Notes: a model not told the origin generated them from the sequence alone. Shown: positions 12,436 through 27,518, numbered from the stretch's first letter. The stretch: DNA of 64,000 nt from Octopus sinensis (GCF_006345805.1 NC_043002.1:23746001-23810000), one strand, 5' to 3'. Numbers and translations: made by a program.

Positions 12436-13529
12436 ACAACAATTATTCGGTAGCCATGTTGTCTTACCATTTTTATCTATATATATATACATACACACAG
12501 TGGCTTTCTTTGAGCTTCCGTCTTCCTAATGCACTCTCAATGGCTCGCTATAGTGGAAGGCATTTGCCCAAGTTACCATGCAGTGGGTCCAAACTCAGAA
12601 CCACATGGGGTTGGCAAGCAAACTTCTTGCAACACAGTCCTGTTAGCACCTGTGTGTGTGTGCACGTGAGTGTGTGTGCGTGTGTATGAATATGGGTGTG
12701 TGTGTTTGTGTCTCTTGTCATGACATCTTGTGATAGCTGTAAAATTATTGTCACTGTCACACAAGCAATGTTATTCATTTCCAATATTCTGTGAGAACAT
12801 ACCTGGCCATGGGGAAATATTACCTTGCTTGGAAACAGATGAGGTTTGGCAATAAGCAGGGCATTCTACTATAGAAAATCTGATTCAAATAAACACTATT
12901 GAACCCATGTAAGCATACAAAAGTGGACATTTAAATGATGGTGCTGATGAAGTGTGTAATCTGAGAGCTATTTAGCTGCTGTTTCTAGCAGATCAAATGG
13001 CCACGTAGTAGTCCCCTTGATGATTTGGTACCAGTTATACACTAGGATCAATTCATTTATCTATAGTCTCCATCTACAAATGTTTCTCCTTATGTCGATA
13101 TAAGAAATCGTTATTCTAGAAAACCTTGCTATGTCATGGTGTATTGTGTCTGAGAAAACAAATTCAGCTGATTTTTTTTGTTAATATATATCTGTCGCCA
13201 TAGTGATGTCATCAACTTCAGTATCATCAGCATCATTATCAATATTCATCGATATCTACTTGGTATCTACAATTCGTATTTTATCATTAGTGAATCCACC
13301 CTTCCACCACATCTCATTTTCCTTACTCTCTCTCTCTCCCACTTTCTCTCTTACACACACATATAGTCTCTCTCTTTCTCTCTCTCTCTCTCCCTTAATT
13401 TCTCTTACACACCACATATGGTCTCTCTCTCCCTCACCCTTACTCTCTCTTATGTACACATACACATAAATCTCTCTCTCTCTTTCTTGACCCACCACTA
13501 CCACCACCATTTACCATTGTAACCGAAGC

Positions 13530-14530
13530 ACTGTGCAGCCTCATACTACTACCCATGACACTCTACTAAAATTATCACTTCTTACCACTACTACCACCTC
13601 TAGTAACTTTCCACACAGCTCCTGCCCTCCCCTGTTTGCACACCACACCATGGCTTATTCAATTAGTTCCACAGTTCGATCTACCCCATACCCTGCTATC
13701 CCACACAACCCAATTGCAAACCACATCACAAGACACCGCACTGCTCAATATCACAAGACACTGCACAACACCAAAGCACTGCAGAACACTCCACCTCACT
13801 AGAAATCACACTAACTCTATAACATTTCACATAACAAGATGCTACACAACACCACAACACTTCCCAGTGCCAGACATCAACTACCCTCACACTAGATGCC
13901 ACATTATCCCACATCAGAAGACACTACACAATATCACATCACATCACATCACATCACGAAACACAACACTACCTCATATTATCCCACATTACTCTTCATC
14001 ACAAAACACAACACTATCTCACAACACAAGGCACTGCATAAAATGTCACAACACTACATGTCACAAGACATGGCACTATTCCACATCACAAGATGTTGCA
14101 TACGATACCACAATGCTACACATCACAAGACATGATGCTATCCCACAAGACACCACATCACAAGCTGCTATACACCTTACAACATCCCTCACCACAAGAC
14201 ACCATGCAATGCTCCACCACCCAATAATGCTTCACATCACAAAATATTACACACCTTGCACCTCACTATGTTCCAGATCATAAGATACTATACAATACCA
14301 CAGTACCCTACAACACTCCATAAGGCACTACAGAACACCTCACTACCCAACAACACTCCACACCACACAACACCTCACAACCTCCAAAACACTCCAGGTC
14401 ACAAGTTACTATACAATACCACACCACATACCATCAGACACTACACAACACCTTGCCATGGCACAGCACTCCAGATCACAATACTCTACTGCCCAATAAA
14501 TCTCATCGTTACAAGACCCAACACAATACC
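13530..14530. repeat. Degenerate C/A-rich cryptic repeat (CACAA/CATCA-like)
   Basis: Very few G on the + strand; recurring catcacaaga / cacaacac motifs; produces the H/T-rich pseudo-ORFs. Confidence 0.8.
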
Positions 14531-14680
14531 TCACAGGTGTGGCTGTGTGGTAAGAAGGTTCCTTTGCAAACATGGTTCCGGGTTCACTCCGACTGTGTGA
14601 CACCTTGGACAAGTGCCTTCTACTATAGCCTTGGGCCACCAAAGCCTTGAGTGGATTTGGTAGATGGACACTGAGAGAAG

Positions 14681-14764
<84 letters not shown>

Positions 14765-15061
14765 TCATCATCATCATCATCATTTAGCGTCCGCTTTCCA
14801 TGCTAACATGGGTTGGACGGTTCAACTGGGGTCTGTGAAGCTGGAAGGCTTCGTCAGGCCCAGTCAGATCTGGCAGTGTTTCTACGGCTGGATGCCCTTC
14901 CTAACTCCAATATATATATACATATATATATAAAATTGGAGGATATGCTAATCTCATGGAGGGATGGTTGCATCCAAGGAAGTACTGGTTCAATACCTAG
15001 TATTGTTGGGAAATGAAATTCCCTTAAAACAATAAGTATATTAAGCATATAGTTTATATCC

Positions 15062-15474
15062 AGTTAAAAGAAGGGGGGAAAAATGGAGATAAGGAAGTTA
15101 ACAATTATTTATTATTAACAAGTTGGTCATCTTCACTTCTTACAGCTGTTTCAATTAATACTCAATAATTTAATTGCAAATTTGTATATTAAATTTGCAT
15201 TTATGTGACACGTGCATCATTTCATCAGAGAATAAAAGATTTACCTTGGGATGTTATATGAAATGAATTGATAGGTCCCACATATAACATCACAAGGTAC
15301 ATCTTTTTTACTGATGAAATTATGCTCATGTCACATAAATGCAAATTCAATGTACAAATTTGTAATTAAAATTATTGAGTATTAATTGAAATGGCTGTAA
15401 GAAGCGAAGATGACCAATTTGTTAATAATAAATAATTAACTTCCTTATCTCCACTTTCTTTTCTTTGTTTAACT
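15062..15474. mobile_element. Palindromic element (two ~200-bp arms, 20-bp spacer), each arm with a hammerhead motif; Penelope-pLTR-like
   Basis: 15062-15260 is an imperfect reverse complement of 15281-15474. Plus arm has CTGATGA at 15311 and GAAA at 15387; minus arm has TCATCAG at 15222 and TTTC at 15149. Confidence 0.8.
15137..15232 (-). ncRNA. Type I hammerhead ribozyme motif with long helix II
   Basis: Minus strand reads ttct-CTGATGA-aat...att-GAAA-cagctg-TA-agaa. Helix I is ttct/agaa, helix III is the palindrome ACAGCTGT, cleavage triplet GUA. Confidence 0.65.
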
Positions 15475-17204
15475 TTACACACACACACACATACGTGTGT
15501 GTGTGTGTGTGTCTACCACTACTGCTTGACAACCGGTGTTGGTGAGTTTACGTCCTTGTAATTTAGCGGTTCAGCAAAAAGACTGATAGAATAAGTAGCA
15601 GGCTCAAAAATAAAAAAAAAGTACTGGAGTCAATTCCTTTGACTAAAAGTTTTTCAGAGCTGTGCCCCAGCATGGCTGCAGTCTAATGACTGAAACCAGC
15701 AGAGAATAAAAGAGAAAACCTTATAACGAGCAAGGTCACAAAATACCACAGCATCCCACAACACTTAGCATCAGGGGACATCATACACTACACAACAATA
15801 CTGTATCACAAGAAATCACAGAGTAAAGTGATTGAACATGCTACAACATATTACACTACAGTACACATCACACCACAACCTATATGCTATATATAACCAA
15901 AACATAGACCACACAATACTTCTCACGGGCGTGAGGTAAGAAGTTTGCTGACAGCTTGTGGTAAGAAGTTTGCTTCCCAACCACGTGGTTCTGGGTTCAG
16001 TCCCACTGTATGGCACCTTGGGGGGAGTGTTTTCTACTATAGCCTTGGGCCCAACCAAAGCATTGTAATTGGATTTGGAAGACAGAAACTGAAAGAAGCC
16101 CGTCCTCGTCCTGTATATGTATGTGTGTGTGTGTGTGTGTGTAGTGATTGATGTATTGTTCAGATATTGTATATTGAAAAAAATACGAAGCAGTCGGAAT
16201 TTGGCATAATCCTTTCTCTCTCTCTCTCTCTCTCTTTATATATATATATATGTATGTATGCCCGTGTGTGTTTATAGTTTGTGTTTGTCCCCCCCCACCT
16301 CTTGACGATCGCTGTTGGTTTGTTTTCCTCCCCGTAACTTAGCAGTTCCGCAAAAAAGACCGAAAGAATAAGTACCAGGCTTAAAAAAAGTACTAGTGTC
16401 GATTCGTTTGACTAAAAATTCTTGAAGGCCGTGCTCCAGCATGGCCGCGATCTAATGACTGAAGCAAATTAAAGATTATAATCGCATTATACAACACCGC
16501 ATAACCGCACAACATAATACCGCATAATTACACAAGCCATCCTGAAAGCCTCTAAGTGGTCACTCGATACACTAGAAATAGTAGTGAAATAGTCTTCAGA
16601 TGACACTCAACCTATACATACATATATATATATTGCTGAAAAACTAAAAGGCGAGATAGTCACAGCTGGAAACCCTTTGATCATATAAGGTTATTGGTTT
16701 ATGACTGATCTGGAGTTAAACAACACTACCATCACTCACCATATAGCCCATTAAATGGCAACACTACATCTCACAACACACCACACAGCAACACTACAGT
16801 CTCAAACCTCACAACTCCCCCCCCCCCTACTACACTACAAACGAAGGTAGCGTGGTCACTAGACCTGCTAGAAAAAACAGCGAAATATTCGTCATATCAG
16901 TTATATTGGATAATGCATTTCTAGATAGTGTCTAAAAAAGAAAAGCAGGGATGGTCATAGTTGGAACACCTTTGATTATAGGTCCGCTGATTAAGGGCTG
17001 ACCAGGGTTAAACGACACTAACACCACTATAACCCCTCCTCACAGCACAAATGCACAAGCTATGACAGTAACTCAATACGGGAATCTCCAGCCTACATTA
17101 CCATAGCAACAGCAAGCTTCACTCCAACTGTTGCAGCAGATAAAATACTTTGTCCCTCGCCACTCATACTCCACCCTTTCACTCCACACATCATTACTCC
17201 CGTC

Positions 17205-17400
17205 TTGTTCACTCCGCCACTCCGTGTGCGGTCGTCATGGTTACTAGGTCATGTCATCTCTGACGTAGATACATGTGAGCGTGTGTGCGCATGAGTAGCG
17301 GGGCTTTGTACTGTCAGTCGTCCATTGACAGATTGATGGCGGGATGTGTGGAGCCGACGATGAACCCATGGATGATTGACAAATCTGCTGGTTTCGTTGT
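17205..17400. promoter_or_regulatory. CpG-retaining unique segment with clustered TF-like motifs (candidate enhancer/promoter)
   Basis: RFX-like gtcgtcatggttac, CRE-like tgacgt, NRF1-like tgcgcatg, Meis ctgtca (17311) and tgacag (17326), Pbx-Hox-like agattgatgg (17330), E2F-like tggcggga, and tgattgacaa (17373). Confidence 0.4.
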
Positions 17401-18857
17401 TTGTTTGATGGTCTTATAATGTGACCTGAGACAACAGTTGTCCATGTGTGTGTGTGTGTGTGCAAAGTTGATATATGCTTTTATGGGTGTATGTGGTACA
17501 GAGAACGTGTTTAGCTATCTAGTTCTCTCTGTCTTTATGTGTGAGTATGCATGTATGTAGAACATACATATACACATACTAGTGTGTGAGTACAATATTC
17601 ACACGGGGTGGTAGATTGGCAGAATCGTCAAAGCGGTATTTAACTACATCCCTTTACGTTCTGAGTTCAAATCCTATCGCGGTTGACATTTATCCTTTAT
17701 TCTAAGAGTCAATAAAATTCAAGTACTCAAGTACTTAATCGGCTTAAATTAATTATAGCCTCCACCATCCTCAAAATTCCACTTCTTGTACTAATATTAG
17801 AAGTCTTTATAATACTTACAGAGGCGATGGCGTATCACATTGATACGGAGTAATTAAATTCATTGCTTTACATTCCGTGTTCAAACCCCCAGAAGTCGAC
17901 TTTGACTTTCGTTCTCTGAAGGTCAATAAGACAACATCAATCAATTATAGTCGATCCAATTCATGACACTCTTCCATACATTACCACCATTACCTAAATT
18001 ACTGGCCTTGTACCTCTCAGAATTTAGGAAGCTGATCTGACCAAGCATTTCAAACCATGCTACCACGTATTTTTTATTATCGATCGTTGCGTTTCGGACT
18101 TCATTACCCAAAATATCTTTACTATTTTAAATAGATTTGAGGATAATTTGGTTGATATTTCTAGCACATCGAGTGACCACGTTGAGCAAATTATTATAAA
18201 TGTAGTAGATAACAGAATGAGTAATTAAGTATATACGCATCCCTTCCGATGTGTAGCTTTCTATGTTATAATCTAAGCTCAAGGCTTAAATTATAACATA
18301 GGGTCGATTACACTGACACTTGAAAGGTATTTTTTGAGCTAAGTACAAAAGAGGCAAAGTTGATCTTGGCAGAATTTGATTTCAGCATGTAAATAGCCAG
18401 AGAAAATATCACAAAATACTCGACATAGTTGGAAAGCGAATTTTTGAACCACAATACCTACAAAGTCAAAAAGATTAAGAATCGCTGCTCTAAGCCATGC
18501 GTATGGTTTGCAAACTGTTCACAAAGGAAATCTATGTGCACAGGAAAAATTTTTATGCTTGTACAAAATGTTTGTTGCCTAAAATACTGGAGTAATTAAT
18601 GGTTATTATAAAATTCGTTTTGACTGAGACTAAGGTTTGCCTGCAGCTTATTTAAATGGGCAAAACGAAACTAAGATTTGTTCTACTTTCAGTATCGTCA
18701 GTTTCTACAATATAATTCAAGTAAAGCTGACTCAAGGAGTAAGTTAAAGTAACTCAATCTCATAATACCATACTGTCACATCATAGCTGATCAGGATCAA
18801 TATACAGCTAAAACTATTACACTTTATACATGAAGTATGATGATTGAGTTGAAGTAC

Positions 18858-19088
18858 CTATTTTTTTTATTACCCACAAGGGGCTAAACATAGAAGGGAC
18901 AAACAAGGACAGACAAACGGATTAAGTCGATTAGATTGACCCCCAGTGTGTAACTGGTACTTAATTTATCGACCCCGAAAGGATGAAAGGCAAAGTCGAC
19001 CTCGGCGGAATTTGAACTCAGAACGTAACGACTGACGAAATACGGCTGCGCATTTCGCCCGGCGTGCTAACGTTTCTGCCAGCTCACC
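18858..19088 (-). mobile_element. Young tRNA-derived SINE with 13-bp target-site duplication
   Basis: TSD tgagttgaagtac at 18845-18857 and 19089-19101; head gagctggcagaaacgttagc and B box gagttcaaattcc; same family at 53430-53659. Confidence 0.9.
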
Positions 19089-22000
19089 TGAGTTGAAGTA
19101 CATGCTAATAACTTTTGAGAAGCTTCACATGAGGGCCTTTTAGGTGGTAGGTGTAATATGCTGCCAGTTGAACATCACCACCTTGTCCTTTATTTTAGTA
19201 GAGGTCACTCTATTGTAAGCATTCAAACCCATCTACTTCCCATGTTTTACCTGCATATGTTGATTCAGACATTTTCAGGTTGGTCATCATCCACAAGCAT
19301 GGATATATGACCTTTCAAAGGTCATGTCACTGCTCATCCTTCTTTAATCAACTTATTTTAAAAATGACACTGCAAGCAGTTCATTGTGTTTCTGGGCAGA
19401 GCACTTTATTCTACTTCATCATTCACCATTTGATAATAATTTAGTGACCTCAGCTCCACTGTCTCATTCATCCCTTGTCATAGAATAAATTGTCAATCTA
19501 CAGTGAAAATGCAACATTATTCTCTGATTCAGCTCATAAAACAATATACACTTCTCTAGTTTCTACATCAACATACACTTCTTCAGTTTCCATTTCAAAT
19601 CCACTTCATGTCAACATAGACCCTCACTACTCTGCCACAAAGAAGCTTGTCTGTGACTGTTTGGTAAACTAGAAAACTGAGCGAAAGCATAAATCATATT
19701 TTGTTGCCCTTTAAAAAGAAGAAATGTCACTGTAGTCTGAGACACAGCTTCCGGATAGATGGGGTGGCCATGGTTAGAATAGCTTTAACCACAGGAACTT
19801 GCTAGATCAGGACTGAACAGGGGATAAACAACACCAACCCTACCAACTAGTGATTATATTTATTCACAAAAAAGTGAGTTTTTTATATTATTTTTAGATC
19901 CACTTTGTATCACAAATATATTTTTTTAACTATAAAACAATCCTGTCCAATGTGGAGTGCAATTTCCTCCTGACTGATGAAGGACTGGTGTTTTTTTTTT
20001 TTGTTATTTAGATATCAGCCCTGATCAAGCTGGCTTAGGATTAAGGATTCCAGTTACGACCATCTCCATTTTTTTTGTCAGACATCATGTTCTCGGGACT
20101 ACATTATCAAATGTGCCCTTTATTTGAAAGGTGAATGGATAAGGTTTGAGAGAAGTGGAGGAGAAAGAACTGATTGCAGTTTCTAGTAGGCTGGTAACCA
20201 TGTAAAGGCTCTCCTTTCTTGGTTCAACTGATGAAGAATTGACAGAGTTGAATTTCAAGTTAATCTGTAATATTGTTACCTGCAAGAAAAAAGGTGGACA
20301 AAGAGAAAGATCCAGAGATCATATGTCATCATCAAAAATTAAATAACTTTTCCAAAAAAGCTAGAGGGTCCTCTGTCTTTTAGGTCCATATGCTAGAAAT
20401 AGTTATTAAATTCTATCAAATCATATTCTATAGTGTAAAAAAAAAAAGGATAAACTGGACATGTCATTCTAGGTGTACAAAAAGACAGATCAATTACAGC
20501 TGGAAAGCCCTTAATGATAGACAAACACCAGTGTCTTGGCACTAAATGAATGAATACTTCTTTGGCACCCTATTAACAACTAGATGTTTGCAATTTTAAT
20601 TCTCATTGGAGTCATCTTCATGTTTTCATCCACCATACCATGTGTTTTCTTGGTCAGGTACTAACAAATACACCTTACATAGCAGCAAGTACAGTCAAAT
20701 GGTTAAGAAGTTTGCTTCTCATGAAGTTTCAGATTTGATTCCCCCGCATGGTATCTTGGACAAATGTCACTTTGTAAAACTTTGGATCAGCTCATACACT
20801 GAGAGTGAAATTGATTCAATGGAAACTATATAAAGCCCACTGAATGGACTGTACCCGCAAATCAAAAGTCAACCATGTCTCACTGATTCTGTCAGAATTA
20901 TATTCAAGCTAGACATATTTGTGAAATGCTCAGCCACTTAGATTCTAATTCAATAAATAGAAAATCCAGTTGACTGAACAATGGAAAGGTATGGAACATT
21001 TTGACACCACTCATTTCGCATTGCTGATTCTCTACTGACTTATTTGACATCAGACCTTTTAATATTTCTCTCTTTCTTCTTCATTCTCTCTAATTATGTG
21101 AGAATATACTTCTCTTCATATGCATGAGGAGAGGGAAAGTGTTTATGTCAAACATGTTTAATTAATAAATTGTAATGTCTTTCCTTCTCCCACTCTCTCT
21201 ATCTGCACATGTATCTTTGTGTGCATGTACACTAGTGTATGTATGTGTGCGTGTTTACCTCCAGTGCCAAAAAGTACTCTTACCAGAACAGACTGAATGT
21301 CCACTCAGCCATGCCAAATCTTCAGTGTCACAACAGCAGCACCCAAACATCTCATTTCAACAAGAGAAACCTTTTTGTCAAAACCAATAGAAATCCATCC
21401 ATCCATTCATAAAAATTTAGTTATTCAACTCTACATTTGGAAAGATCTTTCATGTGTTCTAACAATACTAGATGGTGGCCTTTATCTCCTACCTATGGCT
21501 TTTAATTCATTATTTATATTTTAGTTCTGATTTTTAAATGTTTGTTTTATTGTTTTTGTTTAACTTCAGGTCAAACCTGATCCCAGGTTAGTCCCATGAT
21601 TGAAGGTGTTGCTTTTTTTATATATGCAGTGCATCTAGGACTATACAATTGTGTCGGTCCTTTTTAAAATAATATGTTGTAACTGGAAAATAGTATGGTA
21701 TAATTGAGGGATATTTTGTTGCTATTTCTAACCAGTGGAGAGACTGCTTTGAGCTTTTCATGTTGGTTCATTCTAAATGCTGTTGTCGTTGAATGCAATG
21801 TCATGTACAAAATACAGAGAAGTTTTCAGGATTATGGTATGTTAATGTGTATATGGAATGCATTTTTGTCAAAAATTAGGTTAAAAAAATATGGAAGTTT
21901 CTTATACATGGATAGTATTATAATCCCTTACAAAACATATTTTTCCAAATTTTAAGATAAAAAAATTAGGGGTTCCTTCCATTCAAGGATGTAGATTATT

Positions 22001-22987
22001 CTAATTATGGGTAATAGATAAAGTCTATCCCCTAGTTAGCATCATCACCTGGCTCATGGGTGTCTTTAGTAGAGTTCACTTTATTCCTAGCATTCAGGCC
22101 AAGTTTCCGGTCTAAAGATAACTACCGCCTACAAATCTCAGAGGTCATAAAAAAGGTCCTGAATACTGTCCTCTTTTCCCTGATTAAGCTACAAGGAAGT
22201 AAAAAAAATAAACAAACAAGCAAAAAAAAAAAACCCCAGCATAAATCCACTGATGTAATTATAAAAATCCATTTATGTAATTATACACATTGTTCTAATT
22301 ATATACATTTCAGGGGAATTATGTCATTCTCATTTTTAGTATGAAAAGAGAAAGTTAGAAGTCACTCTGGTTATTTTCAATAATGATGGTTGTGGAGATT
22401 GACATTTCTCACTTTCAGTGTCATTTTCATGGTACTTAGGTGTCTTCAGTAACATTTGGAAGTATTTGGAACAAGCTTCAAGATCCCTCCTTGCTTGATT
22501 CTAGTTTAAAAAAATTTTTTCTCTGTAGTCATTACCTTGTAGATGTCCATTTTGGTTATCACTCAAGGGCACTACTCCCTCTGCTCTTAACAGTTACAGA
22601 TGGGAATCAACCTTAATTTTACCAGTCTGGAAGTGCCTGCAAAAGAAATGGACACTGCTCTCCTCTGCTCTTAACTTCAAGGAATAAGGGAAGTTTTTGT
22701 AACATTACCTAAAAAAAAAAAAAAAAAAAAATTTATTCATTAATTAATTAAAGAACATCAAAAAGTTCCAGATAAAATGATGTTATACAGTGAGGGAGAA
22801 GGATAGGAAAGGGGAAAGTTATTTTAAAAAATGATTTCGCCAGGAATGAGGCACAGGAGAATTCAAAGACCTAGTCTTCAGTGATGTGATAGTACTAAAT
22901 ATTTTAAAGAAAGAGTTAGGAGAAAATACAAAGAGAAAAAGGAAAAAAGAATCGGGAAAGTAGAGATTTTGAGAAAGAGAGAAAGTA

Positions 22988-22990
<3 letters not shown>

Positions 22991-23064
<74 letters not shown>
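22991..23064. repeat. (GATA)n microsatellite within a purine-rich tract
   Basis: Direct inspection. Confidence 0.95.
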
Positions 23065-23065
<1 letters not shown>

Positions 23066-25760
23066 GGAGAGGAAGAGAGAGGCGGCACAGTAAAGAGAAT
23101 AGGAAAGAAGGAAAGAAAGGGATAAGGAGATCAGGAAGAGCTGACATAAAGAAGAGAGGGAGATAAATAAGGAGCAAAGAGAGAGAGAGAGAGAGCAATG
23201 AAAAATAAGGAAATAAAAAGGTGGAGGGATAGAACGAATGAGAGAAAGAGAGAGAACAATAGGAGGAAACAGTAAAGATATAAGAAGGTACAAGGAGGGA
23301 GAATGATAGAAGAATGAAAGATAACAACGAAGAGAGAGAGAGAGAAAGAGATGAGGAGAATAAAGAAAAGGGAGATAACTTGAAGCATCAATGGTCAGTG
23401 AAAGCTGCTTAATGTCAGTGTTGTATAAACAATAGTGAAGCGAGATGAGTTTGCTCATCTGACGGATTATGTCAACACAGAACAGACACTCACTCACACA
23501 CATATATGTGTGTATATATGTATATATATAGTGTGTGTGTTTTGTATTCACACACACACGTGTTATGCATTTTGTTTTATTTTGATTTTCACTATTAAGG
23601 TAACGCACCCTCAGTTGTTTGATCAACTACAATCTGAGCTTCGAACTGATTGAATTATTGTTGAGTATTTCACAGAATACTCAAAACACTTGCAAGCTAG
23701 CCTATGTGTGAGGTGGTAAGTAGGCTAGTGCATGTCTTTTCTCCTAGTATGCACAGCCTTTTCCACACCAAGACTCCTACCAAGCTTTGCTGTAGTTACA
23801 CTCAGTAACCAAGTGCTTTGTGACCCTAGCTTATTTTGTAAGGGACCTTAATACAGTAGTTGGCTCCAGAGATATAGTATGTAGGGCTACTCTAGGAGGA
23901 ATATGCTTTGATATTTACCAATAACTGTTATGCTGCCTTTTACAATACTAGCCAAATTTAACCCTTGATGCCAACCTGTGTGAGAATCCTGGTTCTATGA
24001 TACAAGTGACTTGTTTTAAAATTATCTAAGTTAAATCTTTTCAATCAAAATTTCATGTAAATTTATGTTCCAATCACGAATTTAATAATGACCAAATTAT
24101 TTTACTAAATTTTTCTTATATTTGAAATTAATTACAACAAAGCCGGTGTATTTCAATAAAAATATGGTAACAAATGAGTTAAAGTAAGTTCCATTAGAGT
24201 GGGTCTCTAGCAGCCTTCTACAGCTAAGGGAAGGTACAAATCATCTTGGGTCTTCCTTGTCATTGGTCCTATCTCCTTTTATAGTAAAGGGAAATGTGAA
24301 CTACCAATGCTGCTATTTTCTGTAATATGAATCTCAGGAGGAGTCTTTTTCTTTGCTTGTCTGTAAAACACATCTATCTTCCAATCTTTGCAAATATATA
24401 GTGCCGTAATGATTTCACTATGCTTTACTGAAGAGGTCCAAAATGCAGAAACGTATCTAGAGTTGTCCTTGCATGATTAAAATTCAGACACTTCCCACTA
24501 CATTCTATTCCATAATTAATTAATATTTATTAATTAAAATTTAACGGTTGTTTCTGCTGCCTTTTTTAGTGAGAATTAGTCATTTACATAAAGATTGCTC
24601 TCATTAGTAAAAATGTAATTTCAGTTCACTGAAATTTCTTTCTTACAACTGGGTGAATGAAGTCCTCTGGCTTGCCAGCTCCTGTCAAACTGTCTGACTC
24701 ATGCCAGCATGGAAGGTGGACATTAAATGATGATAATGATGATGATGATGATGACAATGCTGATGACATCAAATATACTGACCCCCAATTTATATTCTAG
24801 TTTTCACGAAGTAGACATCCTTATTCTTTTACTCTTTTACTTGTTTCAGTCATTTGACTGTGGCTATGCTGAAGCACCGCCTTTAGTCGAGCAAATCAAC
24901 CCCAGGACTTATTCTTTGTAAGCCTAGTACTTATTCTATCGGTCTCTTTTGCCGAACCGCTAAGTTACAGGGATGTAAACATACCAGCATCAGTTGTCAA
25001 GCGATGTTGGGGAGACAAACACAGACACACAAACATATATATATAGATATATATATATATATTACAGGCTTCATTCAGTTTCTGTCTACCAAATCCACTC
25101 ACAAGGCTTTGGTTGACCCAAGGCGATAATAGAAGACACTTGCCCAAGGTGCCGCGCAGTGAGACTGAACCTGGAACCATGTGGTTCGTAAGCAAGCTAC
25201 TTACCACACAGCCACTCAGTCATTCTTTTGTATATTTATATATGAAAGTGGTGAGTTGGTGAAGTCATTAAAGTATTGGATACAATGCTTTACAGTATTC
25301 CTTCCAGCTCTCTACATTTTGAGCTCAAATCCAGATGAGATCGACTTTACCTTTCATTTTTTTCTAGATCAATAAATGAAGTACTAATCAAATACTGAAG
25401 TTGAATTTTCTTTCTCCCCTGTGTATATATGTGTGTGCATCTGCATCTTTACGTTTGTGTTTGTCCCTTACTATTCCCTGGACAATGGATGTTGGTATGT
25501 TTATCCCTCCATAACTTAGTGGTTTAGCAAAAGAGACTGATAGAATAAGTACCAGACTTTAAATAAAGTACTGGGGTTGATCACTCAACAAAACCCTTCA
25601 AGGCAGAGTCCCAACATGGCTGCAGTTCACTGAATAGAACAAGAAAAATATAAAAGATAAGAAAAAAATATATGCATATAGTCAGGAAGAAGAGGAAGAA
25701 AATGAAAGACAAAGAAGTGAATTAGGAGGGAAGAGAGAGTTTGTTTTGCAGGTGTGTATA

Positions 25761-25792
<32 letters not shown>

Positions 25793-26239
25793 CACGTCTA
25801 AAGAGAGAGAAAATAAGACACTGTGATAAACTGAGCCACATATACAAACACATACATAGACAATCATACATGAATATATATGTGTGTATATACATGTGTG
25901 TGTGTGTGTGTATATGCATGCATATATTTATGTATTTATGTACATATACAGTTAAACCATTGTTCAGTTGCACTTGACCGATTTTCTGGAAGTTCATGGT
26001 GATGATGAATGTATGGCTCAGACAAGAGACTGTAGAGAGAATGATGAAGACATAAACATTTGTTGTATCTCTCTCTCTCTCTCTCCCTACTGTGGTTCTA
26101 CAGTTATTCACTTGAAATTCCCCAGCTGGTCAGAAGCAATACACACACACACATGCATGCACATGCTGTTACCTGCAATATGCGCAATTTCACAACTGAT
26201 GTCTTGAATGAAGCATTTAGAAGTATTCATTTCTCTTTA

Positions 26240-27105
26240 CAATCAGTATCCATCAACTATTCTGTCTATGTATGTATGTATCTATCTCTCTATCCATCTA
26301 ATCATCCATCTTTTAGCCATCTAATATGTTAATGTATGTATCTCTTTCCCCTTCCATCTATCTTATCCATCCATGCATTCACCTGTCCAATTATTTATTT
26401 ACTCATCTATACAGCCTTGCATCCACCTGTTCATGTATCAATCCATCCATCTATTCATTCTCCTATCTATCCATCAAGTCATCCATCCACTTTCCCACTC
26501 ACCCATATATCCATCCATCTTTCTACACATCTATCTATTTTCCATCCACCCACGTATCCATCCATCTATCTATGTAACCATTCACTTATCAGTTCATCCG
26601 TCCATTCACCCATTCATGATGTCATCCATACATTCCACCATCCATCTATCCATCCAACCATCAATCCATCTATTCAACCATCTGTCCAGCCATTTTCATC
26701 CACCCACCTGTATATCCATCCATCAGGTTAGTCAACTAGCCAGCCAGCCATTTTCATCCACCCACCTGTTTATGTATCAGTCCACCTGCCCACTCATCCA
26801 TCCTGACATTGATCCATTGATCCTTCAATCGATCAATTGATCCAACCATCTGTTTATCCACATACCCATTCGTCCATGCTCCTTTCCATCCATCCATCTA
26901 TCCAGTTAGTCAACCAACCAGCCAGCCAGCCAGCCATTTTCATCCACCCACCTATTTATGTATCAGTCCACCTGCCCACTCATCCATCCTGACGTTGATC
27001 CATTGATCCTTCAATCGATCAATTGATCCATCCATCTGTTTATCTGCACACCCATTCATCCATACTCCTTTCCATCCATACATCCATCCATCCATTCACC
27101 CACAC
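26240..27105. repeat. Degenerate (CCAT)n tract with an internal direct duplication
   Basis: Block ~26730-26900 recurs at ~26910-27085. Confidence 0.85.
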
Positions 27106-27485
27106 ATCATTGTGTAGATATAGACTGAAGATGTTATAATTCTCAAAATCAAGCTAATAAATAATATTTTTAACCCTTTCTCCTTCTCCCTCAAAACCTT
27201 TTTCTCCTCATCCTCATATTACATGGTTGTTTCATAATTTTTTCTTGTGTTGTTTGTTTACTTTTTAGTTTAGCTGGGAGGAGGGATTTGTCAGTAAATG
27301 AATAAAACACTTGATTTGACATCATCTTCGTTGTCATTGTCAACATTGCCATCATCATGAGCATCATCATCATGACCACCACCACCATCATCATCATTGT
27401 CACTTCCCCACCACCTCTGCTATTGTCATCATCACCATTGTTACTGTTATTATCATTGCCAGCATTGTTGGCAACACTACCACCA

Positions 27486-27518
<33 letters not shown>

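Noticed and set aside
13636-14283. 215-aa His/Thr-rich ORF
   Set aside because: Arises from a G-poor cryptic repeat in which stop codons are rare; several frames are open; no start or splice context.
22916-23626. 236-aa hydrophobic minus-strand ORF
   Set aside because: Translation of (GATA)n and GA-rich low-complexity sequence.
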